Source: Candidatus Hermodarchaeum yapensis
Lineage (GTDB): Archaea; Asgardarchaeota; Hermodarchaeia; Hermodarchaeales; Hermodarchaeaceae
Assembly: GCA_016840405.1 (NCBI GenBank)
Contig: JAEOSK010000039.1
Coordinates: forward strand, 1 to 25,267
DNA length: 25,267 nucleotides
Direction: 5' to 3'
Shown: in pieces, positions 17,628 to 25,267 of the stretch
How the letters are laid out: each line of letters starts with the position of its first letter
How positions within the stretch are numbered: position 1 is the first letter of the stretch
The notes under the pieces: model-generated
The model's database searches: none
What the model saw: only the letters and a program-made list of their open reading frames with translations
What the model was told of the DNA's origin: nothing
Program-made: the position numbers and the translations under genes

Positions 17628-18224
17628 GTGGAAAGAATGGAACGGATAGAGAGATATCGGGAATTGGCAAAGGTGTCTCGCTCGGGGGCAATTACTCGCC
17701 GTTATTTTGCAACCAATGCCTTTGACGGAACCTTGACAATTGTAGGATTAGTGTTAGGAAGTTATTTCGCATTAATACTAAATCCTATGACTATTGTGAG
17801 AGCGGGAATCGGAGCATGCATTGCTATGATGTTTTCGGGATTTGCAGGGACCTATTTTGCAGAGCGACAAATTCAACGTGATCAATTACAAGAATTAGAA
17901 AAAGCAATGCTTCGAAAACTGGATAAGACATTACCTAATAGAGCATCCAACTTTGTGATAATAACTTCAGCAATTGTGGATGGAGTAGCTCCGCTCACAA
18001 CAGGCTTGGTGTGTCTAATTCCAATAATGGCTACAACATTAGGAATAATCACGTTGAACCTAGCTGTAATAATATCAATAATAATTGGCCTAATTACACT
18101 TTTTTTGTTAGGATTCTATATTGGAAAAGTCGCACGAACGAATCCTTGGGTTTTGGGCCTTCAAACATTTTTCATCGGCATTGGTACAGCCATTGCCATC
18201 ATCATTATACAAATCACTATTTAA
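17628..18224 (+). CDS. VIT1/CCC1-like membrane protein (TIGR00267 family)
   Basis: RRYF..NAFDG.LT..G, A...SG..G.Y.AE, LE.AML..L; about 5 TM helices. Confidence 0.85.
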   Translation: MERMERIERYRELAKVSRSGAITRRYFATNAFDGTLTIVGLVLGSYFALILNPMTIVRAGIGACIAMMFSGFAGTYFAERQIQRDQLQELEKAMLRKLDKTLPNRASNFVIITSAIVDGVAPLTTGLVCLIPIMATTLGIITLNLAVIISIIIGLITLFLLGFYIGKVARTNPWVLGLQTFFIGIGTAIAIIIIQITI

Positions 18225-18303
18225 AAACATGAAAAGACAATTCCACAAGTAAAAATTTTAAAATGCAATTCAAGATGAAAGCCACCCAAAAAATCGGAAG
18301 CGG

Positions 18304-18807
18304 ATGACCATGAAAATTGGAGAGATTTTAGCAAGAAGCAGGAATCGCTTATCACGCTATGGAATAGATTATCGTCAACCGTTTGACACATATTATGATT
18401 TGTTCCTAAGTAATGATGAGATTAAACCTGTTCAGATTAACTCTGTGCTAGTGTTAACGGACAAACGTCCCCGTTCGTTGATTGCAATCGCATATGCCCT
18501 TCGGTTGGCTAAATCGCTTAATGCCAATCTGTTAGCAGTAACGAGGGGTATTCATCAAGAGCTAGTTAAAGGAGAGGCGGAAATCTACGGAATCAATCTT
18601 GCGTTACTAAAAACAGAAAGTAAACAACCTTCAATTGGCTACCTTCTAAAAATAATCCAAGACTTTGATGTTGGCCTGGTTGTTTTTCATAATCTGTATG
18701 GGCTCTCTGAGGAACTTCAAGCAAGTTCACCTGTTCCTGTTTTGATTGTCAAAATCAATCAATTCTTCAGATCTACAAAGGAAGTATCCGGAGGATATTT
18801 CACGTAG
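18304..18807 (+). CDS. Universal stress protein (USP)-like protein
   Basis: SVLVLTD...S..AIAYALRLAK.LNA.L and C-terminal SPVPVLIVK; the ATP-binding G-x2-G-x9-GS motif is absent. Confidence 0.7.
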   Translation: MTMKIGEILARSRNRLSRYGIDYRQPFDTYYDLFLSNDEIKPVQINSVLVLTDKRPRSLIAIAYALRLAKSLNANLLAVTRGIHQELVKGEAEIYGINLALLKTESKQPSIGYLLKIIQDFDVGLVVFHNLYGLSEELQASSPVPVLIVKINQFFRSTKEVSGGYFT

Positions 18808-18817
18808 AGACAACTAG

Positions 18818-20206
18818 GTGTCATATTTGTTAGCAAAGCCACGTCGCATGACTAAGGCGCAGCTGAGAAGACTCTATACACCATTTCAACGTTTCTTCCG
18901 CCTAGAAGCGTCGAGTAGTATCCTTTTGATTATCTGTATTATTGTAGCCCTTGTGTGGGCGAATTCAATTTTAGGATTCAATTATTTTGCATTATGGGAA
19001 ACTCATCTCACTATTGCTATCGGTCTTTTTGTAATTTCTGAACCACTGCGGTGGTGGATAAATGAGGGATTGATGGCCTTGTTTTTCTTTGTAGTTGGAC
19101 TTGAGATAAAACGGGCAGTAGTTGTAGGTGAACTATCGCGAATACAGGATGCATTGTTCCCAATTCTGGCAGCAGTAGGAGGAATGCTCATGCCTGCCTT
19201 AATATATTTCATTATTAATTTTGGAACGGTAGGCGTTATTGGGTGGCCAATTCCAATGGCAACCGACATTGCCCTAGCCTTAGGTGTCCTCGCACTTTTA
19301 GGAAGCAGAGCACCAGTTTCAATGAAGCTTTTTCTTAGCACACTAGCAATTGCTGATGATATTGGATCCGTAGTAATTATTGCCATATTCTTTTCAACAA
19401 TTGCTCCCTTTCTACCGTTAATCATCGGCATTATACTGATAATTATTTTATTTATTTTGAATCGCACCGGACTTCATTATACCCTTGTTTATGCAGTTTT
19501 GGGTGTCGGAGTATGGCTAGCATTTCTGCTTTCTGGCGTGCATGCTACATTAGCAGGAGTAATAGTGGCGATGACCATTCCTGCCATCGCTCGTGTAAAC
19601 ACCGAAGATTTTTGCAGCAAGGGTCATATTCTGCTCAGAGACTTCGAAGAATCAAAAAAAACCGGTGAAAGTGTCCTCACCAATAAAACCCAACGAACGG
19701 CAGTATTAGGCATGCAAGCCATTTGCCGGGATGTTCAAACGCCTCTTCAGCGAATGGAGTACTTTTTACAACCTTGGGTGGGATTTGTCATCATTCCCTT
19801 ATTTGCTATTGCCAATGCTGGTGTATTGTTAGTTTTTGATATCTCCCTTCCAGCTGCAGGAACTGTAATCTTTGGAGTAATAATCGGACTGATTTTTGGA
19901 AAGCAAATTGGTATTATACTCTTCTCATGGCTTAGTGTACGAACAGGAGTGGCAAACATGCCTAAGGATTTATCCTGGCGCCAAATATATGCTGTTAGCT
20001 GTTTAGCTGGAATAGGATTTACTATGTCACTTTTCATGGCTGATTTAACATTTGCAGGAATTCCGTTATTAGACACAGCAAAAATTGCTATTCTTCTTGC
20101 TTCTGTAATATCAGGTCTTCTTGGATTTTTCCTTCTTGGAGGAGTAAAGCTACTCTCCGAGTTACAAAATGGAATTCTTAAACGACTTCCGAGGAGAACT
20201 ACATAA
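18818..20206 (+). CDS. nhaA: Na+/H+ antiporter NhaA
   Basis: WINEGLM..FFFVVGLEIKR, GWPIPMATDIA, LAIADD, SGVHATLAGV, PLFA.ANAGV, GKQIGI, GIGFTMSLF. Confidence 0.95.
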   Translation: MSYLLAKPRRMTKAQLRRLYTPFQRFFRLEASSSILLIICIIVALVWANSILGFNYFALWETHLTIAIGLFVISEPLRWWINEGLMALFFFVVGLEIKRAVVVGELSRIQDALFPILAAVGGMLMPALIYFIINFGTVGVIGWPIPMATDIALALGVLALLGSRAPVSMKLFLSTLAIADDIGSVVIIAIFFSTIAPFLPLIIGIILIIILFILNRTGLHYTLVYAVLGVGVWLAFLLSGVHATLAGVIVAMTIPAIARVNTEDFCSKGHILLRDFEESKKTGESVLTNKTQRTAVLGMQAICRDVQTPLQRMEYFLQPWVGFVIIPLFAIANAGVLLVFDISLPAAGTVIFGVIIGLIFGKQIGIILFSWLSVRTGVANMPKDLSWRQIYAVSCLAGIGFTMSLFMADLTFAGIPLLDTAKIAILLASVISGLLGFFLLGGVKLLSELQNGILKRLPRRTT

Positions 20207-20286
20207 TTTTTAACAGAATTTAAGCAGTCTATAATCGAATGTAATGGCACTTCTTGGAATGACCAAGATTAGGATTTCCGATTACA

Positions 20287-21129
20287 ATGGTGGGCTCTTC
20301 AAAAAATAAAACGACTGACCAGGCGAGTTATCATCTCGAAGAACCAATCTCTGCAGCTAGCATAAGATTAACAGGATTTCGTACATTCTTACTCACTAAA
20401 ACAACCATTATTAAACACAAATCGAGACAAGCCTTAACTCCACTTCGTCCAGGATTATTTGGCATAAAATATACAAAAAGCCCATTCTCAATTCCTGAAT
20501 TAGACACTAAATCAGAAGCTATCATTCTTATTCCAAGAAGAGAAGTTACTCAACGGGCAAAGAGTCAAAAAGGTACTATGGCAAGCATTGGTGACAGACG
20601 GTATGTCTTAATTACATTTCACCCTTTCAAGGATGCCACCCTCCGACAAAGAGCAAATCGTTTAGTTTGGCAAACACCTCTAATTCGAATTCGACCTGGA
20701 TTAATGATTACTCCTCATATCCGAATCAGCCGGTTCAGGCTCTACGAAGGGATATTATTCCGTCCAAGCGAATATGTTCAGCAAATGGTTGAACTTGGAA
20801 AAACTATCTGGTATGCCCCGAAACTTCAACTATTAAATCCTAATCAAGAGCGGACATTTGAAAAATTAATTCAGAATATGTTCGAAGAACGCGCTGATTT
20901 CATCACCAGATCAAGTAATAAGTTACTTAAAGAAGCCAAGGAATCTTCAAACCAACCTTTGTGGACCAAATCCTGTAAACAACAATTAAACCTGCTTCGG
21001 AAACGCCTACGCCAAATCCGAGCCCAATCAGCCTTTTTTTATCGTGAGTTCGGTTTCGACTACCTCCCCATCGTCACCCGCACTGCAGCCAAGGTAAGTC
21101 GTGTACGGCAAAAGGTATTGAACATCTAA
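20287..21129 (+). CDS. Basic hypothetical protein; C-terminal part resembles ChrB N-terminal / PaaX-middle (Cas2-like ferredoxin fold) domain plus helical bundle
   Basis: YVLITF......LRQR..R.......IRPGL.ITP followed by L....F..R...helices...L..IR....FF. Start uncertain (ATG 20578 is an alternative). Confidence 0.45.
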   Translation: MVGSSKNKTTDQASYHLEEPISAASIRLTGFRTFLLTKTTIIKHKSRQALTPLRPGLFGIKYTKSPFSIPELDTKSEAIILIPRREVTQRAKSQKGTMASIGDRRYVLITFHPFKDATLRQRANRLVWQTPLIRIRPGLMITPHIRISRFRLYEGILFRPSEYVQQMVELGKTIWYAPKLQLLNPNQERTFEKLIQNMFEERADFITRSSNKLLKEAKESSNQPLWTKSCKQQLNLLRKRLRQIRAQSAFFYREFGFDYLPIVTRTAAKVSRVRQKVLNI

Positions 21130-21376
21130 ACCTTATCGATTATTAAATTCAGAGGGATTCATTTTGTGACAACTAAATTACACTTACAAAATCCCCTTTA
21201 TCTATTCCTCCCCAAAATATATCGGATTTCGGGCATATCGTTGTTATTCCTCTAGGAATTTTCGAAAATGTCAAATTAAGCTATTCTTTCCTCTTTTTGG
21301 ACTATACTTCGGTTGATTCCAGAACTAGTGATCTTGAAGTATAACCTATTATGGTGCCTCTATTGCTGTGATTACC

Positions 21377-21451
21377 ATGGCCAAAAAGCAAAAGGGACAA
21401 AAGAAATCAGGTGCCAAGAGCAGCAAAAAAGAAAAGAAGGGTAACAAGTAG
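21377..21451 (+). CDS. 24-aa lysine-rich microprotein MAKKQKGQKKSGAKSSKKEKKGNK
   Basis: ATG with upstream GTGAT RBS-like motif; 11 Lys and 1 Glu; below the ORF-track cutoff. Confidence 0.55.
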   Translation: MAKKQKGQKKSGAKSSKKEKKGNK

Positions 21452-21462
21452 TTTCCCCTTTC

Positions 21463-21529
21463 CTAGGCTGCGCTGGTATCTTGTGGGTTTGAAATGCGTA
21501 GGGAGATTTCCTACGCGTGGATAGCCTAG
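21463..21529 (+). other. Predicted structured RNA element between the two microprotein genes
   Basis: Outer stem CTAGGCTG (21463-21470) / TAGCCTAG (21522-21529) encloses the 11-bp hairpin ATGCGTAGGGA-GAT-TTCCTACGCGT (21494-21518); G-U pairs are compatible with the + strand. Confidence 0.45.
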
Positions 21530-21594
21530 ACTGTCGAACACCAACCAACATACCGAAAATCAAGAGGCTTTTACTTTAGAGGTGAATAGAAAAG

Positions 21595-21699
21595 ATGGTT
21601 CCACCCCGTCAAAAAAGACAACAGGAAGAAGAAGAGGAATACGAAGAAGACGATGAAGAAGAATACGACGACGAAGACCTGTCTGAAGAAGATTGGTAA
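21595..21699 (+). CDS. 34-aa acidic microprotein MVPPRQKRQQEEEEEYEEDDEEEYDDEDLSEEDW
   Basis: Strong RBS GAGGTGA (21579-21585); in-frame GAA/GAC/GAT/GAG codons with synonymous variation; 19 Asp/Glu; followed by a terminator hairpin. Confidence 0.7.
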   Translation: MVPPRQKRQQEEEEEYEEDDEEEYDDEDLSEEDW

Positions 21700-21719
21700 C
21701 CCATTAAAATTCTAGCATT

Positions 21720-21754
21720 GGGAGGTGTCGAATGGCACCTCCCTTATGTCTTTT
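21720..21754 (+). terminator. Hairpin plus T-rich tail terminator
   Basis: GGGAGGTGTC-GAAT-GGCACCTCCC (10-bp stem, one G-U) then TTATGTCTTTT. Confidence 0.65.
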
Positions 21755-21851
21755 AAAAAAATTAAGGCTAATGATTTAGGTTCTTAAACGAAATGAAAAT
21801 CAACACAATCAATATCGATAACCTTGGCATATTATAAGTGAGTGAGGTAAG

Positions 21852-22424
21852 ATGAAAAATTCCGAAGTTGCGAAGGTATTACGGGAGATAGCTGATTTAT
21901 TAGAATTACAAGAAGTTCCCTTCAAACCCCGAGCATATCGTCAGGCTGCCCAGTCAATTGATAGGTTATCAGATCAAATAGTAGCTGTTGACGCACGGGG
22001 TGATTTAGATACAATTCCTGGCGTTGGTGAAAGTATTGCTAAGAAAATCCATGAGTTAATCAGTACAGGGCGTTTGAAATATTTAGAAGAACTCCGGAAG
22101 GAAACGCACCAAAGAGTGTTAACTGGAAAAGGTCAAGGAAAAGAAGTTGAGTATGAAATCAATGGATTAAAGGTGAAAGCACGGTTAACAGAGAAGTATG
22201 AGCGGATTACTGTCCGCGATTCCAGGAATTTCGTTGAGGATTCTTTCCGGACCGTGGATATTGGACCACCAGGATATAGTAAATTAATTCGAGGTCAGCT
22301 CAAGAAAACAGGGGAATGGGCTACTGTCACCTATCTCATTTCAAGAGAGATTCGTGAAGAGACTAAGAATAAATTACGCCAGGCAGCGGTAAAAGAATTG
22401 AAAAAGAACAACACTTCAAGATAA
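21852..22424 (+). CDS. PolX N-terminal (8-kDa lyase/HhH) domain fused to an unrecognised ~105-aa domain
   Basis: MKNSEVAKVLREIADLLEL...FKPRAYRQAA..I...IPGVGESIAKKI.E...TG.L.YLEEL matches family X polymerase N-termini; no polymerase or PHP domain follows; GAGGT RBS. Confidence 0.85.
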   Translation: MKNSEVAKVLREIADLLELQEVPFKPRAYRQAAQSIDRLSDQIVAVDARGDLDTIPGVGESIAKKIHELISTGRLKYLEELRKETHQRVLTGKGQGKEVEYEINGLKVKARLTEKYERITVRDSRNFVEDSFRTVDIGPPGYSKLIRGQLKKTGEWATVTYLISREIREETKNKLRQAAVKELKKNNTSR

Positions 22425-22586
22425 TGCTGTATTCATATGAGTGTGCGTTTTAGTTGTTAGCTCGTTTGTAAATCTATACTTGACAAGTACACTATCATAT
22501 TGGTGTTCATGCTGCATGTCAAATTTCGCTATCCTTAGATTTATACTTGTCCAAATCATCCTTTGCATGACAGGTGATTTCTTCCG

Positions 22587-23570
22587 ATGAATCGAGAGGT
22601 AAGCGTCGAAGAGCGATTGTGCGAGATTTCTGAAAAGGCACAATTAGCTATGCTTTTAGACATCCTCACACCAAAACCTGGAAATGTTCATCGATACCGT
22701 GATCATCCAGATACACGAATTATCCATTTTGCAGCCAGCATCACGCAGTTGATTCATCCACTATACAAAGCTGCTGAGTGGGGTTACCACTTGCAAAGTT
22801 CTGGTGCTGAGTCTAATAAATTAGGTGTCCTAATCAAACGTGCAGTGCAGGCATCGATGAAGCTACATGAAAAAAATACCCTTCTTGGAACAATTCTCCT
22901 ACTTATCCCTCTTGCAATAGCCGCAGGTAATGCCATCTCTACACAAAAACTTTCAAAGAATCGTCTTCGTCAAAGTCTAACGCAAATTCTTCATAATTCC
23001 AATGTCACTGATGCTATTGAATTTGTTCGCGCCCTACAAATTGCTAGCCCAGGAGGCGCAATTCCGAAATCACCTGAATGGACTCCACGTTCGCAGACTT
23101 TCGATTTTCAATCACCACATACAATTGCTTTAGTTCGTCGCGAGAATTACACAATACTTAACTTACAAGCGCTTGCTGCATCGTATGATTCAATTGCACA
23201 AGAATATACAACTGACTTTGCCTACACATTCAATACCTTGTATCCTCAAATGATAATCGCTTTGAATCGTTATGCGCGCATCGAAGATGCTGTCCTCGCG
23301 TCTTATTTGTGGACGTTAAGCGACCGCCCTGACACATTCATCCAACGAAAAGGTGGGCCCAAAGCCGCTCAACAAGTAATGGAACAGGCTCAGAAAATTT
23401 ATGCCCGCATCATAAAAACTCCCGCAAGACAGTGGCATGAATATGTTACTCCTTTCGATGAATATCTTCATTCGAAGGGCTCAGAATTAAATCCTGGAAC
23501 AACTGCTGACCTTCTCTCTGGCGCACTCTTCATTGCCTTGCTTCTCGAAAATATCAAATTGATATTTTGA
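22587..23570 (+). CDS. citG: CitG-like triphosphoribosyl-dephospho-CoA synthase family protein (archaeal type)
   Basis: KPGNVHRY.D, NT.LG..LL..PL, PDT.I.RK.G, NPGTTADL; AGGTGA RBS. Confidence 0.88.
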   Translation: MNREVSVEERLCEISEKAQLAMLLDILTPKPGNVHRYRDHPDTRIIHFAASITQLIHPLYKAAEWGYHLQSSGAESNKLGVLIKRAVQASMKLHEKNTLLGTILLLIPLAIAAGNAISTQKLSKNRLRQSLTQILHNSNVTDAIEFVRALQIASPGGAIPKSPEWTPRSQTFDFQSPHTIALVRRENYTILNLQALAASYDSIAQEYTTDFAYTFNTLYPQMIIALNRYARIEDAVLASYLWTLSDRPDTFIQRKGGPKAAQQVMEQAQKIYARIIKTPARQWHEYVTPFDEYLHSKGSELNPGTTADLLSGALFIALLLENIKLIF

Positions 23571-23698
23571 TTTAGATGATTAGAATCTTTTATTGAAAAT
23601 TGTAGTTTTTAACAGATTTCCAACGGAAAAATTGACCAAAAGTACTCTTTGGGCACTAAAGTCCATTCACTTAGCAGATGTTTCTGTAAGGGATCAAC

Positions 23699-25153
23699 TT
23701 GGCCTCTGCTTCTATGCATCAACTTATTAGGAAAATAACTTCAAGTATAAAATCACTTTTTGGTAAAAGACAAGTTTCACCATTTGTTGGTTTCTTTGAA
23801 TTAGGGCAAGATCTCCATTCATTTAATCAATCTGCAGTTAATACTGCAATTATTGAAAGAAAGAGCAAGACCACTATTGAACGAATTTTGAGTGAACAAT
23901 TAATCTCATCTAAAATACAATTTACGCTCCAAATTGGTCTAGTCAATGAAAATTTCTATTTCTGGTATCGTAGCACCAGTGCTGACAATTGGCTGAATAT
24001 CTATGCTGGTGAAACTTTTTACTTTCGCACTCTTGCATTCAAGAAACAGCTGATTGACTATACTCGTCAACATCTTCAATTGAAAAGTGACCGGAGTCTT
24101 GGTCGGCTTGTTAGCCAAATTACTAACTTTTTCTACAAAGTTCCTGAAGTAGTTGCAATCTCAGATCTCTTACGAAACCACCCTAGAATGCAAGGTGAAA
24201 CACTTCATTTTCTTCTCAATGCAACTAATCAGGATTTGAATAACATTAGAAGGCAAATCAGTCACATTGGAAAAGGTCACCTTAACCGCGGACGTATTTT
24301 GAACCCTAGATTCCCAAAACTCGAACCCCTAAGAACACAACTGTTCGCAGCAATGATTTGTGATGGGCATCTCAATAAACGTCGTTGTTTGCACTATACT
24401 GAAAAAGATTCTGACCGTCTTCAAATAGTTAAACACCTTATTAGCAAACTTGGTGATGTTGAATTTAGTGAGCGAAAGCATTCTAATGGATGTACTCGCC
24501 TAAATCTCCCTGCAATAATTGGAAGGTTATTAGAGTGTTGGGGGATGCCTGTTGGTGATCGAGCCATTCTGAACATTGGACTTCCACATACGATTCTAAA
24601 AGCCAACCGAGAAATCAAACGAAAATATCTTCAAGAGCTAATACCTGAAGAAGGAAGTTTTATTTCTCGAGATAATTGCTTTAGGTGGTCACGAACTGCA
24701 GTTCTTGATGCAAGGATCAAATCTGAAGAATATTCATTCACACCCAGAATCAGCCATAAGCATATTAGAATAATCTCTGAATTCGGCAATCAAACTCAAC
24801 GTTCTTATGGAAAAATCAAATCAAAAAAACTTATTCGTCTTATTTGGGGGCGCTTGAAAAATCTTAAAGATTCAGAAAAGGCAGACCTAGCAAATGATGC
24901 AAAAGTGTTATGGAAAATCGTTTTAGCTAATCCACCAAAGTTGATGAAAGATGAGGTGGCTTTATGCAACAGCCTAGGAATTGGTATCCCGTATAATCCC
25001 GTTGTAATCAATCTTTTTGACGCGGGTCGTGTAAGTGTTACTTGGCATGCAACTACTGCTAGTACAACCGATGGAATCAAGTGGGCTTTACAAGCGCTTC
25101 CACATGATAAAAGAAAGCGAATCGAAGTTGAGAACTTTTTAGCAACGATCTAG
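23699..25153 (+). CDS. Free-standing LAGLIDADG (DOD)-like domain protein
   Basis: Two motifs ~95 aa apart (FAAMICDGH at ~24344; YLQELIPEEGS at ~24626) with an intein-endonuclease-like linker (IGRLLECWGMPVG...LP..IL.A..E). Start uncertain (TTG 23699 or ATG 23714). Confidence 0.65.
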   Translation: MASASMHQLIRKITSSIKSLFGKRQVSPFVGFFELGQDLHSFNQSAVNTAIIERKSKTTIERILSEQLISSKIQFTLQIGLVNENFYFWYRSTSADNWLNIYAGETFYFRTLAFKKQLIDYTRQHLQLKSDRSLGRLVSQITNFFYKVPEVVAISDLLRNHPRMQGETLHFLLNATNQDLNNIRRQISHIGKGHLNRGRILNPRFPKLEPLRTQLFAAMICDGHLNKRRCLHYTEKDSDRLQIVKHLISKLGDVEFSERKHSNGCTRLNLPAIIGRLLECWGMPVGDRAILNIGLPHTILKANREIKRKYLQELIPEEGSFISRDNCFRWSRTAVLDARIKSEEYSFTPRISHKHIRIISEFGNQTQRSYGKIKSKKLIRLIWGRLKNLKDSEKADLANDAKVLWKIVLANPPKLMKDEVALCNSLGIGIPYNPVVINLFDAGRVSVTWHATTASTTDGIKWALQALPHDKRKRIEVENFLATI

Positions 25154-25164
25154 CTTGAGTAGCA

Positions 25165-25267
25165 TTATGGTTCGTATTGAAATGGATGTTTGGCATATTC
25201 TTTGTCTCTGAGCAATTCGTCAATGGTGGGTCGTCCTTCAATTGCCCGGCGAATTGCATGTCGCATT
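25165..25267 (-). CDS. fae: 3' end of a probable formaldehyde-activating enzyme (Fae), truncated by the window edge
   Basis: The minus-strand frame from 25266 reads MRHAIRRAIEGRPTIDELLRDKEYAKHPFQYEP*, matching the Fae C-terminal AI.RA..G.P...l.....HPF pattern; only 33 aa are visible. Confidence 0.6.
   Translation of the reverse strand, partial: MRHAIRRAIEGRPTIDELLRDKEYAKHPFQYEP

Noticed and set aside
21246-21269. Adjacent palindromes ATTCCT-CT-AGGAAT and ATTTTCGAAAAT
   Set aside because: Short and AT-rich, with no second copy seen in the window; cannot be distinguished from chance.
21463-21529. tRNA, SECIS, hammerhead or known riboswitch
   Set aside because: No cloverleaf/TTC loop, no CUGAUGA core, no UGA-containing selenoprotein nearby and no recognisable aptamer consensus.
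21449-21597. Amber readthrough fusing the basic and acidic microproteins
   Set aside because: Further in-frame TAGs follow (first at 21464) and the acidic ORF is in a different frame (offset 218 nt).
21625-21693. GAA/GAC-rich tract as a microsatellite or CRISPR-like repeat
   Set aside because: Variation falls at codon-compatible positions and there is no repeat-spacer periodicity; it is better explained as coding.
22416-22643. 75-aa minus-strand ORF, and 21372..21563 minus-strand ORF
   Set aside because: Both overlap better-supported plus-strand genes and their RBSs, with no motif support.
15003-25153. Genome-wide TAG recoding
   Set aside because: TAG stops at 15005, 17569, 18807 and 25153 are soon followed by further stops, with no recognisable extension.
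23699-25153. Intein
   Set aside because: No N-terminal Cys/Ser splicing block, no terminal His-Asn and no flanking exteins.
25077-25259. 60-aa minus-strand ORF from the track
   Set aside because: It overlaps the LAGLIDADG gene end; a different minus frame ending at 25165 gives the Fae-like sequence.

Overview
Archaeal genomic window, most likely from an Asgard-type lineage. This is an inference from GGTGA/GAGGTGA ribosome-binding motifs, archaeal thiolase-DUF35, ADP-forming acyl-CoA synthetase alpha, TIGR00267 and CitG-like genes, and giant Ig-repeat membrane proteins. Left (1-7170): two tandem paralogous type-I membrane proteins with Ig-like ectodomains and a conserved cytoplasmic tail of helical repeats. 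Middle (7289-16375): amino-acid/acyl-CoA catabolic cluster with a nitroreductase, a V4R-like protein, a degenerate ACD-alpha, a hidden Lrp/AsnC ligand-binding gene lacking a standard start codon, an intact ACD-alpha, a class III PLP enzyme with a racemase-like motif, thiolase+DUF35 and an M20 hydrolase. Right (16745-25267): HhH/OGG-fold-like orphan, TIGR00267-USP-NhaA cassette, ChrB/PaaX-like protein, an unannotated pair of oppositely charged microproteins around a structured spacer, a PolX-N-domain fusion, citG-like, a free-standing LAGLIDADG-like ORF and the 3' end of a probable fae. No rRNA, tRNA, CRISPR array or transposase was recognised. All family calls come from motif recognition by eye, not database searches.
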